DNA of 64,000 nt from an uncultured virus (IMG/VR IMGVR_UViG_3300019458_000025) (IMGVR_UViG_3300019458_000025); one strand, 5' to 3'. Shown: positions 37,213 to 45,333, counted from the stretch's first letter. The notes: generated by a model from the letters alone, not told the origin. Numbers and translations: made by a program.

Positions 37213-37287
37213 GCCCTCATCGGCTAACGGCAGGCCGCCAGGTTCTCAACCTGGAAACGGCGGGTTCAACTCCCCCTGAGGGTACCA
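37213..37287 (+). tRNA. tRNA-Glu(CTC)
   Basis: Cloverleaf. Confidence 0.78.
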
Positions 37288-37332
37288 AGCTTCCCGGCTT
37301 CCCCGTATACTTGAGGTAGAGGGGAGGCACCT

Positions 37333-37752
37333 ATGTCGGACGACAGCGATACCCGGAAAAAGGAAGACCCCGAGGCGAAGAAGTCTGGCGTGAGCGCGAT
37401 CGCCAAGAGCGTCATCGCCCTCTTCGCGGTCGGTATCGTGACCTCGGCCGCGACCTTCGTCACGACCACGATCATGGACCTCCGCGACAAGGTCCGGGAA
37501 CTGGAACTCGACCGGAGCAAGTGGGGGACGCTGACCGAACTCCACAACAAGCAGAACCGGTTCGAGATAGAACTGGAGGTCACACAGCGGGTCTTCGAGT
37601 ACGAGTTCGGCCGGAAGATCCCGAAGCCGCGCGTCGAACGGACGCCTCCGGAGAACCCCGCGACCGAGCCTCCGATCGAGCCTCCCCGGGTCCGCGCGTT
37701 CGATCCGGAGGAGTACCGCCAGATGCAGCAGCAGAAGTACGGGCCTAAGTAA
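37333..37752 (+). CDS. Membrane-anchored hypothetical protein
   Basis: GGAGG RBS, TM helix. Confidence 0.75.
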   Translation: MSDDSDTRKKEDPEAKKSGVSAIAKSVIALFAVGIVTSAATFVTTTIMDLRDKVRELELDRSKWGTLTELHNKQNRFEIELEVTQRVFEYEFGRKIPKPRVERTPPENPATEPPIEPPRVRAFDPEEYRQMQQQKYGPK

Positions 37753-37900
37753 CCGGAGCCGTCCGGAGAAGGATCTCGATCAGGAAGAGGTGTCGGCAAC
37801 GCTCGCACCCCTCGATGTGAGCGATCGCCTCAAGCCCAGCCGCGGGTGGAAGGGTCCGATCCAGGAGATCCGGAAGAATCCAGTTCACGAGTTCGCACAT
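37745..37900 (-). CDS. 51-aa stand-alone zf-HC2/ZAS (anti-sigma zinc finger)-like protein (not in ORF track)
   Basis: GGAGGTG RBS; MCELVNWILPDLLDRTL..IAHIEGCERC. Confidence 0.6.
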   Translation of the reverse strand: MCELVNWILPDLLDRTLPPAAGLEAIAHIEGCERCRHLFLIEILLRTAPVT

Positions 37901-37952
37901 GGTTCACCTCCAAGGGCTCTTGGCCGGTCGGCCCGGAGGTAAACAGGGATTC

Positions 37953-38030
37953 GGCCCGCTCGACTACGTTTAGCTAGGTCACCGCTCTTTCAAGGCGGAG
38001 GAACCGGGGCAGCACCGGTGCGGGCTACCA
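37953..38030 (+). tRNA. tRNA-Glu(TTC)
   Basis: CT-TTC-AA loop, atypical T loop. Confidence 0.75.
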
Positions 38031-38100
38031 GATTTCATGAGGCCACGATAAGGAAGGAGGTCCCGTATGAAACGGGATGGCAAAGACGGCACCTGATCCC

Positions 38101-38178
38101 GCGCTCGTCGTCCAACTGGTAGGACACCCGACTTTTAATCGGGGCATACTGAGGGTTCGACTCCCTCCGAGCGCACCA
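38101..38178 (+). tRNA. tRNA-Lys(TTT)
   Basis: Cloverleaf. Confidence 0.88.
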
Positions 38179-38179
38179 T

Positions 38180-38253
38180 GCCTCCGTAGGTCAATGGCAG
38201 ACGACCTCGCTCTTAACGAGGGGATGGAGGTTCGAATCCTCCCGGGGGCACCA
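38180..38253 (+). tRNA. tRNA-Lys(CTT)
   Basis: Cloverleaf. Confidence 0.85.
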
Positions 38254-38259
38254 AAATTC

Positions 38260-38335
38260 GCGCTCGAAGCTGTAGCAGCACAGCGTCCGGCCCTTAACCG
38301 GGGGTTTGAGGGTGCAAGTCCCTCCGAGCGCACCA
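38260..38335 (+). tRNA. tRNA-Lys(CTT), C33
   Basis: Cloverleaf. Confidence 0.78.
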
Positions 38336-38494
38336 GGCTTAGCCCACAAACTTCTTCCAGAGCGCGTTGAGCGCGAGGTAGCCGAGTGTGGCGCCGGAAC
38401 CGCCGATGAACCAGGTGAGGAAGTGCCAGAGCGCGCCTTTCCACGAGCGTTCCATGGTCTCCTCCCGATGGTATTATAGCCTGCTGGAACCGCG

Positions 38495-38848
38495 ATGGAC
38501 GAGATCGAGATCCCGGAGCACATTCGAACCAGGTACCTCTTCAAGACCGTGGGCCATCCGGAAGGTGAACTGACCCATCCGACGCACTGCACCTTCTTCA
38601 CCTACAGAATCTGCACCTGCGGCCTCATCGCGGACCTCATCCGATGGGCGCACGCACCTCGCTTCTATCCGAAGATCGACCAGGAGTACGACGAGCACCG
38701 AGGCGCCTTGGAAAAAAGCCTGACGTCTGTGCCGGACGTAGCTCAGGAGGGAAGCCGCGGACCGAAAAAGGCGAGGGGAAAGCGTGGACGCAAAAAGGAT
38801 GGGGCGGCTCAGGGAGCGCTATTTCCGAAAGACCACGGCCAGCCCTGA
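38495..38848 (+). CDS. His/Cys-motif hypothetical protein (paralog 1)
   Basis: RY..KT..PEG...H...C......ICTCG. Confidence 0.65.
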   Translation: MDEIEIPEHIRTRYLFKTVGHPEGELTHPTHCTFFTYRICTCGLIADLIRWAHAPRFYPKIDQEYDEHRGALEKSLTSVPDVAQEGSRGPKKARGKRGRKKDGAAQGALFPKDHGQP

Positions 38849-39065
38849 GGGCGCATTCGGACACCACGGGGACTGCGAGGTCTTCCGGGTCGATATCTGT
38901 ACATGCGGTTTCCTGCACGATCTCCTTCCGCTGGCGCCCGACACCGAGGCGCTCTATCCGGACTTCTGGCCCCAGTGGAACCGTCATCAGCGGGCGATCG
39001 ACATCCTGTTCGAGAAGAAGATGGCGTCCTCCGAGAAAGCTTCAGGCCCCCGTGACGGGAACTAA
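38784..39065 (+). CDS. His/Cys-motif hypothetical protein (paralog 2)
   Basis: Same motif as upstream ORF. Confidence 0.65.
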   Translation: MDAKRMGRLRERYFRKTTASPEGAFGHHGDCEVFRVDICTCGFLHDLLPLAPDTEALYPDFWPQWNRHQRAIDILFEKKMASSEKASGPRDGN

Positions 39066-39124
39066 GCAGACCTACCTGATTCAAAACCAGGTGTTTGGAG
39101 GTGCAAATCCTCCCGGGGGTACCA
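39046..39124 (+). tRNA. tRNA-Leu(CAA), short V arm
   Basis: TT-CAA-AA loop. Confidence 0.75.
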
Positions 39125-39125
39125 C

Positions 39126-39202
39126 GGGCTCGTGGCGCAACTAGCAGACGCGCCTCGCTTAGGACGAGGAGGATGGGGGTGCAAATCCCCCCGAGCCCAC
39201 CA
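39126..39202 (+). tRNA. tRNA-Leu(TAG), short V arm
   Basis: Cloverleaf. Confidence 0.82.
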
Positions 39203-39208
39203 AGATTC

Positions 39209-39297
39209 GCCCCCGTGGTGCAACGGCAGACACCGCTGCCTTAAAACCAGAAGGCTCGCGAAAGCGGGTGCAGGTTCGACTCCTGCCGGGGGCACCA
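39209..39297 (+). tRNA. tRNA-Leu(TAA)
   Basis: Long V arm. Confidence 0.78.
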
Positions 39298-39345
39298 TTC
39301 ACTGATTCAGCGGGCATTCAATCCTCAGCGAATACCGCGGATCGC

Positions 39346-39696
39346 TCAGAGGAGCCAAGGGCGGACCTTCCTATTCAGGGCCCTGTCCGCCTTATAGAGC
39401 ACTTCCTCGATAGAGTCGAGTTCGTCCTTGAGGGCGGCCTGGACATGCTCCGGTTGCGAGCCCATGAACGCCATGAGCAGGTCCGCGTTCTTGAGAGCTT
39501 CCTCGTAGATGATGAGCCGTCCTTCGGAAATCGTGGGGTCGTTCTCCAGGTGGTGATGGATGTCCTCGACCGCTCCCTGGAGCATCCACAGGGCCTGCGG
39601 CACGTCCGTCAGATCCACAAGCGGAAGCTCGCGTCCGCGCAGCCAGAGGTCGGTCGCTGCCATGAGCACCTTGAGCGCCATTTCGGGTTTGGCCAT
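39346..39696 (-). CDS. Hypothetical protein
   Basis: AGGAGGTG RBS. Confidence 0.7.
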   Translation of the reverse strand: MAKPEMALKVLMAATDLWLRGRELPLVDLTDVPQALWMLQGAVEDIHHHLENDPTISEGRLIIYEEALKNADLLMAFMGSQPEHVQAALKDELDSIEEVLYKADRALNRKVRPWLL

Positions 39697-39755
39697 GGAT
39701 CACCTCCTGGCGCTTTTACGATACCAGGCAAAGCCCATGACGTAAAAAATAAGAT

Positions 39756-39833
39756 GCCCCTGTGCCGCAACTTGGCAGACGGGCCTGTCTCAGGAACAGG
39801 TAACTGTGGGTTCGAATCCCACCGGGGGCACCA
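39756..39833 (+). tRNA. tRNA-Leu(CAG), short V arm
   Basis: Cloverleaf. Confidence 0.82.
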
Positions 39834-39853
39834 GGCTTGTATAATCGGCCGGG

Positions 39854-40486
39854 ATGGTAGACCTGAAGCTCAGGCTGCTGTCGAACTTTAGCGACTACTA
39901 CGACTTCTCGTTCGACGGCCTCGGCGAAGAGTTCAGGCGTTTCACGACCGATGGGCTTTCCCGTCCGGCGATGCTCACGTTCCTGGGGCACCATGGGTTC
40001 AATCCGCCCAAGCACGGCAAGGTCTGGGAGATCGCGATGGACTGCCCGAAACTGGTCGTCTATACCGACGAAAGGTCTCATCGCGGGGAGGGCAAGCTCC
40101 TTCTTGGTTCCAAGGAGGCCATGGAGCAATACCCGGGAAGCTACGCGAGCGAGTATATCGAATCCGCGCCCCAGAGCCTGCGGCTTCTCCAGGTCGGGAT
40201 GATGCGCTGGATGCTATCCTACCGGAGCGACGACGCCTGGCGGTCGAACGTCGGAAGCGAGGTCGAGATCTCGATCCTGAGCGAGCACGTCGGCTACAGC
40301 TTGAAGATAGCAGCGCCCCTCTTCGCGATCGACTTCGTAACCGACAGGAAGGGCGCCCAGTATGCCGTGGACTTCAACGTGGCTCCCGGCCTCAAGTGGA
40401 CCGGCATCGACGATAGGATGAAGCCGGAGGACATCGTTAACCTCATCAAGGACGGAGTCCTCCGCCAGCGGACACTTTCGGGTTGA
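39854..40486 (+). CDS. ATP-grasp-like protein
   Basis: WRSNVG..FAIDFV......YAVDFNVAPG resembles RimK-type C-terminus. Confidence 0.55.
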   Translation: MVDLKLRLLSNFSDYYDFSFDGLGEEFRRFTTDGLSRPAMLTFLGHHGFNPPKHGKVWEIAMDCPKLVVYTDERSHRGEGKLLLGSKEAMEQYPGSYASEYIESAPQSLRLLQVGMMRWMLSYRSDDAWRSNVGSEVEISILSEHVGYSLKIAAPLFAIDFVTDRKGAQYAVDFNVAPGLKWTGIDDRMKPEDIVNLIKDGVLRQRTLSG

Positions 40487-40519
40487 CAGCGGTCCACAAG
40501 TGTGGTCAATTGAAGTCGG

Positions 40520-40753
40520 ATGACCAAATACTTCTTCTTCGGGTCGGCGCCGTTCAGGCAAAGCGAACGGCACATCACGAAGGGAAGCGACTACATCGTC
40601 CACGGGGGGCTCTCGAAGGCCGATCACGAGCGCACGGTCGAGATCACCGAGGAGGTCTCCAAGGAATGCCGGAAGGACCCTCCGCAGACGTCGGGCGAAT
40701 TCCGCATGATCGTGAACGACGCCGTCAAGAAGGTCGGCGCTGGCGCGACCTAG
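40520..40753 (+). CDS. Hypothetical protein
   Basis: Clean ORF. Confidence 0.55.
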   Translation: MTKYFFFGSAPFRQSERHITKGSDYIVHGGLSKADHERTVEITEEVSKECRKDPPQTSGEFRMIVNDAVKKVGAGAT

Positions 40754-40819
40754 AAGCATCCTCCCCGGCGTTGCCCGGCCTAACGTGCCGGTCTACGACG
40801 TCGGGCAAGCATGAATCGA

Positions 40820-40895
40820 CGCGGGTGGGAAGGCCCGGTGGTCTCGTGTGGCTCATAACCACATAAGAGAGGTTCAACTCCTCTACCCGCTACCA
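40820..40895 (+). tRNA. tRNA-Met(CAT), 1:72 mismatch (initiator-like)
   Basis: CT-CAT-AA loop. Confidence 0.78.
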
Positions 40896-40903
40896 GAATT
40901 CAA

Positions 40904-40977
40904 GCCCGCGTAGGATAACGGCAGACCGCCTGGATCACACCCAGGAAGCGGAGGTTCGACTCCTCCCGTGGGCACCA
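40904..40977 (+). tRNA. tRNA-Val(CAC)
   Basis: Cloverleaf. Confidence 0.82.
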
Positions 40978-40987
40978 TAAGCTACGA

Positions 40988-41063
40988 TGCGGGGTAGATG
41001 CACGGTGGCATCGCCAGTCTCATAAGCTGGAGAAGGACGGTTCAATTCCTCCCCCCGCTACCA
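40988..41063 (+). tRNA. tRNA-Met(CAT), 1:72 mismatch
   Basis: Cloverleaf. Confidence 0.78.
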
Positions 41064-41069
41064 ATCTTC

Positions 41070-41144
41070 GCCCCGTTAGCTCAACGGTAGAGCGCCGAGC
41101 TTACACCTCGGAGGGCGGGGGATCGTCACCCTCACGGGGCACCA
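41070..41144 (+). tRNA. tRNA-Val(TAC)
   Basis: Cloverleaf. Confidence 0.82.
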
Positions 41145-41331
41145 GAATCATAGGGCGTCCACGGACGCCCCTTTCGAATCAAGCAATGCCTTTCTACGGA
41201 AGGGCACTGAAATATGGGAACCTGGATCAAGGGACCGCACGGGCCAGGCAACGCCGTCGTCGTGATGCGGTTGGCGCTGGGATGCCCTTGCATTAGGCCG
41301 AAGGCGCCAGGTGGGCTGAGGACGGCTCCAT

Positions 41332-41408
41332 GCTCGGGTGCTGCAACTGGCAGACAGACCACGTTGAGGACGTGGGTTTTATGGGTTCGAATCCCATCCC
41401 GAGCACCA
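41332..41408 (+). tRNA. tRNA-Leu(GAG), short V arm
   Basis: Cloverleaf. Confidence 0.82.
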
Positions 41409-41414
41409 ATCTTC

Positions 41415-41504
41415 GGGCGCGTGGTGGAACTAGCAGACACACCAGGTTGAGGGCCTGGCGGGCGATCTAAGCCCATGGAGGTGCAACTCCTCTCGCGCCC
41501 ACCA
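41415..41504 (+). tRNA. tRNA-Leu(GAG), long V arm
   Basis: Cloverleaf. Confidence 0.85.
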
Positions 41505-41517
41505 ATCTTTCTTGAAC

Positions 41518-41595
41518 CCGGGTGTAGGATAACCTGGTTAATCCGCCTCGTTCGGGACGAGGAGAGTGCCGGTTCGAATCCGGCCACCCGGACCA
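41518..41595 (+). tRNA. tRNA-Pro(CGG)
   Basis: Canonical cloverleaf. Confidence 0.9.
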
Positions 41596-41598
41596 CTT

Positions 41599-41675
41599 CA
41601 GGGACATGGGGAGGCAGCGCCCCACGAGCGTCGGAAGCTCGCATAGGCCCGGTGCAAGCCCGGGGTCCCTGACCA
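41599..41675 (+). tRNA. tRNA-Pro(CGG), atypical
   Basis: GT-CGG-AA loop. Confidence 0.72.
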
Positions 41676-41717
41676 AGCTTGATTGATGTCCGTACCTCTT
41701 TTTCCTACACTGAGGGG

Positions 41718-41906
41718 GTGCCTGACGAAGAAAAACCGCAGGACAAAAGGATCGACTGCGTAGACTGCGGAATCGAGTTCGTCTGGACAGTTGCAGAACA
41801 GAAGCTCTGGAAGGAACGCAAACTGGAGCACGATCCCAAACGCTGCAAGGCGTGCCGCGATATCCGCCGTCAGGAGAGGGACAAGCAGGACCAGCAGCAC
41901 GGATAG
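41718..41906 (+). CDS. Zinc-ribbon (zf-trcl-like) protein
   Basis: DKRIDCVDCG.EF.WT..EQ......PKRCKACR. Confidence 0.8.
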   Translation: MPDEEKPQDKRIDCVDCGIEFVWTVAEQKLWKERKLEHDPKRCKACRDIRRQERDKQDQQHG

Positions 41907-41915
41907 AGGTGGAAT

Positions 41916-42269
41916 GTGGCCGAAACCGGTGGCATCACGGTTTATCAGTGTTCGTTCTGCGGCTACCCACTCCTTACCGAGGACGAAGTAAAGGTCGCCA
42001 AGCTCTGGGATGACGGCTTCCGATTCCCGAGCGGCAACTTCATCGAAGAGCGCCTCGTTTGCAAGGACGAATTCGACTGCGCCCGGCGCCAAAGGGACTT
42101 CAAGCCTGGTCTTTCCAAGGAAGAGCCGGAATTCTCGCAGGGTCCCAACTTCAAGAACCCGGGCAAGCGCGCGCGGCGCATTTGCTCGCTCGATACGTTC
42201 GGGTGGAACGAGGACGGGTCCAGCTACGTCATCCGGGGCGACGGCTGCACCTGCGAGGAGTCGGAATAG
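41916..42269 (+). CDS. Cys-containing hypothetical protein
   Basis: GAGGTGG RBS. Confidence 0.6.
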   Translation: MAETGGITVYQCSFCGYPLLTEDEVKVAKLWDDGFRFPSGNFIEERLVCKDEFDCARRQRDFKPGLSKEEPEFSQGPNFKNPGKRARRICSLDTFGWNEDGSSYVIRGDGCTCEESE

Positions 42270-42530
42270 ATGGCGCTGCGACCAGCGGACAGGGAAAACT
42301 TCCAGACCATGCTCCGGGCCGCGGAGAACGGGGACCTCGCCATCATCGAGACCCGGCGCCGGTCGGACGGCAGTTACGTGGCCATGATCGCGGCCGTGTA
42401 CCAGGAGGTCCCGGGAGGCGAGTTCATCATCGTCCCGTTCGGCGAGATGGCCGCTGACGACCCCTACGAGATCTACGAGCCGCCCGCAGGAAAGCCTCCT
42501 TTCGGTCGCAAGCGGTGGCATCCGGGATAG
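42270..42530 (+). CDS. DUF6117-like protein with C-terminal RKRW
   Basis: NFQTMLRAAENGDLA..IVPFG....DPYE.YEPP. Confidence 0.7.
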   Translation: MALRPADRENFQTMLRAAENGDLAIIETRRRSDGSYVAMIAAVYQEVPGGEFIIVPFGEMAADDPYEIYEPPAGKPPFGRKRWHPG

Positions 42531-42534
42531 GATT

Positions 42535-42625
42535 CGGCGCGAGGGCTGGTGCTCACGGAGGATTTATATCCCTCTCGGCGGTAGATGACCGCTCGGATAG
42601 GGTTCGATTCCCTACGCGCCGATCA
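42535..42625 (+). tRNA. tRNA-Ile(TAT), long V arm
   Basis: TT-TAT-AT loop, GGTTCGATTCC. Confidence 0.7.
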
Positions 42626-42643
42626 ATCTTTTGAGAAACGACG

Positions 42644-43183
42644 ATGGCCGCGATCGCCGAAAAGGAGAAGCCTCGGGACCTGGACATCAACTCGAACGGG
42701 ATCATCTTCCTCAAGGACCGTGCGCTCGGGGACGCGGCCACGCGCGTCGCGCGGCAGCAGTTCAGGTGGCTAAGGCCAAGCGAGATCCCGCTCCTTTACC
42801 TCTGGGTCGAGGTGAACGCGATCGCCAGAAGCGTCGATCGGCGATTCAAGGTAGTGGCCCTCTTCGACTTCTTAGACGAATACGGAAAACTGCTGGCCGA
42901 GCCCAGGCCAAGGGCCGATATCGTGACCTATTTTGCGCTTCCCGCGATGGGCCGGAAAAGATGGGGGCCGGTCGGCTCCGAGGACATAGCGAGGGAATCC
43001 TGGACGATCCGCCACATGCTCTCGGCCAGTGGCTACTGGTCTAGGATTCCGAACGTAGAGCAAGGCGACAAGGACTTCCAACTGGTCACGGCCGTCCGAG
43101 ATGGGGAAGAGGCGTCGGAGGTCTTGAGACTCACGAACGACTTCATTGTCATGTCGCCCCTCGCGACGATCTGGAAAGATTAA
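42644..43183 (+). CDS. KRW-family hypothetical protein
   Basis: LDINSNGIIFL..MGRKRWGP. Confidence 0.75.
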   Translation: MAAIAEKEKPRDLDINSNGIIFLKDRALGDAATRVARQQFRWLRPSEIPLLYLWVEVNAIARSVDRRFKVVALFDFLDEYGKLLAEPRPRADIVTYFALPAMGRKRWGPVGSEDIARESWTIRHMLSASGYWSRIPNVEQGDKDFQLVTAVRDGEEASEVLRLTNDFIVMSPLATIWKD

Positions 43184-43187
43184 ATCT

Positions 43188-43217
43188 CGGGCCCAAGGGA
43201 AGGCAGCGTCCCGTCTA
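43188..43217 (+). pseudogene. 5' remnant of a split tRNA-Pro
   Basis: CGGGCC plus D arm GGGA-AGGCAGCG-TCCC, like tRNA-Pro at 41599. Confidence 0.5.
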
Positions 43218-43260
43218 TTACTATATTCACTTTCACCCCACACCTACTGAGTAGTACAAT

Positions 43261-43335
43261 CGGGGCATGGGAAACCGGAAATCCGCCGCGCTTGGGACGC
43301 GGAAAAAGAGGGTTCAACTCCCTCTGCCCCGACCA
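43261..43335 (+). tRNA. tRNA-Pro(TGG)
   Basis: Cloverleaf. Confidence 0.82.
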
Positions 43336-43350
43336 CGCAAGGGGTTCATC

Positions 43351-43938
43351 GTGTGCCGGAAATGTCGCACGTTGTTTTCAAGTAGAGTGCGCATAAATGG
43401 CGAGATAAAAACCTTGACTGGAAGAAGATATTGTCTGGAGTGCTCTCCATTCGGATGGCACAATCGAAGCAAACTAGAAATCATGGACCCAAGGGTTGTG
43501 TGGAATGAGAAGAAATTGCGCTGGGCGGTAAGAACAAGCAAGACGGTCAGTAAAGCTCTAATAAAATTGGGCCTAAGACCTGCGGGAGGAAATTACCGTA
43601 CATTTAAGCGTCAGGTGACGCTACTTGAAATAAGTACATCCCACTTCAATCTGAGCTATCATCCCCCACATCCAACAGCCTCCTTTCGAGAGGTATTCTG
43701 TAAGGACAGTCTAATCTCACGAACCACGCTTAGAAAGTATTTAAGAAAAGTAAACGCCGTCAAATGCGCAGGATGTGGAATTTGCGATAGCTACAACGGG
43801 AAACCTATTGTCTTGCAGGTAGAGCATAAAAACGGACAGTCAAACGACAACAGGTTGTCAAATCTTGAATGGCGTTGTCCAAATTGTCATAGCCAAACCG
43901 CTACGTTTTGTAGAATGACAGCGAGGAAGCACGGATAG
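43351..43938 (+). CDS. HNH homing endonuclease
   Basis: CAGCG...YNGKPIVLQVEHKNG..NDNRLSNLEWRCPNCHSQT; AT-rich. Confidence 0.88.
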   Translation: MCRKCRTLFSSRVRINGEIKTLTGRRYCLECSPFGWHNRSKLEIMDPRVVWNEKKLRWAVRTSKTVSKALIKLGLRPAGGNYRTFKRQVTLLEISTSHFNLSYHPPHPTASFREVFCKDSLISRTTLRKYLRKVNAVKCAGCGICDSYNGKPIVLQVEHKNGQSNDNRLSNLEWRCPNCHSQTATFCRMTARKHG

Positions 43939-43966
43939 CTGGGTACAAATCCGGGTGGCCCGACCA
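43932..43966 (+). pseudogene. 3' remnant of a split tRNA-Pro
   Basis: GGGTACAAATCC..GGCCCG-ACCA pairs with CGGGCC at 43188. Confidence 0.5.
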
Positions 43967-44009
43967 GAATTCTTCAACCACGGGGGGGGCTCCGCTGCAA
44001 TAACCTTGC

Positions 44010-44132
44010 ATGCTTGGGCGCCTGATCGACGGGATCGTCTTCCTGATCGGCACGGCGATGACGCTCGCATGGCTCGGGCTCATCGCGGTCGTCAAGATGT
44101 TCGACCGGAAGGACAGAGATCCTCGGAAGTAG
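44010..44132 (+). CDS. 40-aa membrane peptide (not in ORF track)
   Basis: MLGRLIDGIVFLIGTAMTLAWLGLIAVVKMFDRKDRDPRK. Confidence 0.5.
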   Translation: MLGRLIDGIVFLIGTAMTLAWLGLIAVVKMFDRKDRDPRK

Positions 44133-44136
44133 ATAT

Positions 44137-44484
44137 TGGAGCGTTCGGTCTGTCGCTGCGGCGGAGAAATCCGCCTAGCCCATGGGACAACGGCCCCAAA
44201 GGGTACACGTAAGTCTCCTGCCGCGCCTTCACCCGCCTTCGTGGCGCGCGGTCCGAGGCAGGGCACGTAACCAGCCGTGTCCGCTACCGACCTCTGCCGA
44301 AGGAGATGATCTTGGCCGGGTCGCTCGGCGGTCTTCGGGCTGCCGGAAGGTTAGGGTTAATCCTGCCGTGAGGGGAGGGCTCCAATCCTTCCCGAAGCGA
44401 GAGGCGGCATAAAAACGCGGGTGTAGCGACTAAACCGCCCAGCAGGTGGATGTGTAGGCTAAAGCGAGGTCAGCGAACGCTCCA
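44137..44484 (+). ncRNA. Unclassified ~350-nt structured RNA
   Basis: 11-bp terminal stem TGGAGCGTTCG / CGAACGCTCCA; many hairpins. Confidence 0.55.
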
Positions 44485-44724
44485 TCAACTTCCCTGGCGC
44501 GCGATCCGGCGTCCGAGGCTCAGGCCGCAAAAACAGCCGTCCGGAGCCACGGGGATCGAATGGTCGGCGCGCCCCATCCGCAGGCCGTGGATCGGACAGG
44601 CGAACCAGGTGTGGCCGTTCGGGCAGGAGAACTCGGCGCGTTGGCAGCGGCATCGGCTGCGAGCGGGCCGCATGCAGACGGGGCAGTTCTCGTCGTATGG
44701 GTTCTCCTCGACGCCGTAGAGCAC
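44485..44724 (-). CDS. Small Cys/His-rich protein
   Basis: CPVC..CRC..CPNGH.W..CPIH..CFC. Confidence 0.65.
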   Translation of the reverse strand: MLYGVEENPYDENCPVCMRPARSRCRCQRAEFSCPNGHTWFACPIHGLRMGRADHSIPVAPDGCFCGLSLGRRIARQGS

Positions 44725-44851
44725 GGCTCGATTCTAGCTTGCACTTGCGGTAATGAAAAGGGGCGCCTCGCGGCGCCCCTCCACACGGAGTTGTATGCGT
44801 CGGTTGGGAAGTATATCATGGCCGGATCTGCGTTTCAACCCGGATCGAACG

Positions 44852-45061
44852 ATGCCCGATCTCAAGTGCGGCTACTGCGGGACCGAGATTGAGTCCCAGG
44901 ACGGGAAGCTGCCGCGGCACCTTCCTTGCGGGCGAGGCGAGATCGCGCCAGATACGAGGAGCCCGGATTACATCGGCTTCGTCGAACGCAGGGCCAAGGC
45001 GCTCCGGCTCGGCCGCTGGAGCCGGAAGCAATCGGAGGGTCCATTCGAGAAGGCGACCTGA
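44852..45061 (+). CDS. Small zinc-binding protein
   Basis: CGYCG......LPRH..C. Confidence 0.5.
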   Translation: MPDLKCGYCGTEIESQDGKLPRHLPCGRGEIAPDTRSPDYIGFVERRAKALRLGRWSRKQSEGPFEKAT

Positions 45062-45073
45062 TCGAAAACTTAT

Positions 45074-45147
45074 GCCCCCGTGGTGTAGCAGATGCACGGC
45101 TGTTTCCTAAACAGCAAGTCCAGGTGCGACCCCTGGCGGGGGTACCA
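45074..45147 (+). tRNA. tRNA-Arg(CCT)
   Basis: Cloverleaf. Confidence 0.8.
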
Positions 45148-45153
45148 AGATTC

Positions 45154-45229
45154 GTCCCTATCGACCAATTGGATAGGTCAGGACCCTGCGAAGGTCCAGA
45201 TCGAGGTTCGAGTCCTCGTAGGGACACCA
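45154..45229 (+). tRNA. tRNA-Arg(GCG)
   Basis: GGACC-CTGCGAA-GGTCC; A20-type D loop. Confidence 0.88.
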
Positions 45230-45235
45230 AGATTC

Positions 45236-45330
45236 GGGGACGGCTGAGGCGCTGGTGTGCCCCTCCGGCTTCAACCCGGGCGGGTCGGTCAAGGCCGACC
45301 GGTGGGTTCGATTCCCATCCGTTCCCGCCA
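45236..45330 (+). tRNA. selC: tRNA-Sec(TCA)
   Basis: 8-bp acceptor, long D stem, CT-TCA-AC loop, long V arm, GCCA. Confidence 0.85.
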
Positions 45331-45333
45331 GAG

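Noticed and set aside
44137..44484. RNase P RNA or second tmRNA
   Set aside because: No GAGGAAAGUCC/ACAGAA..GGCUUA P4 motifs, no tRNA-like T arm and no tag frame.
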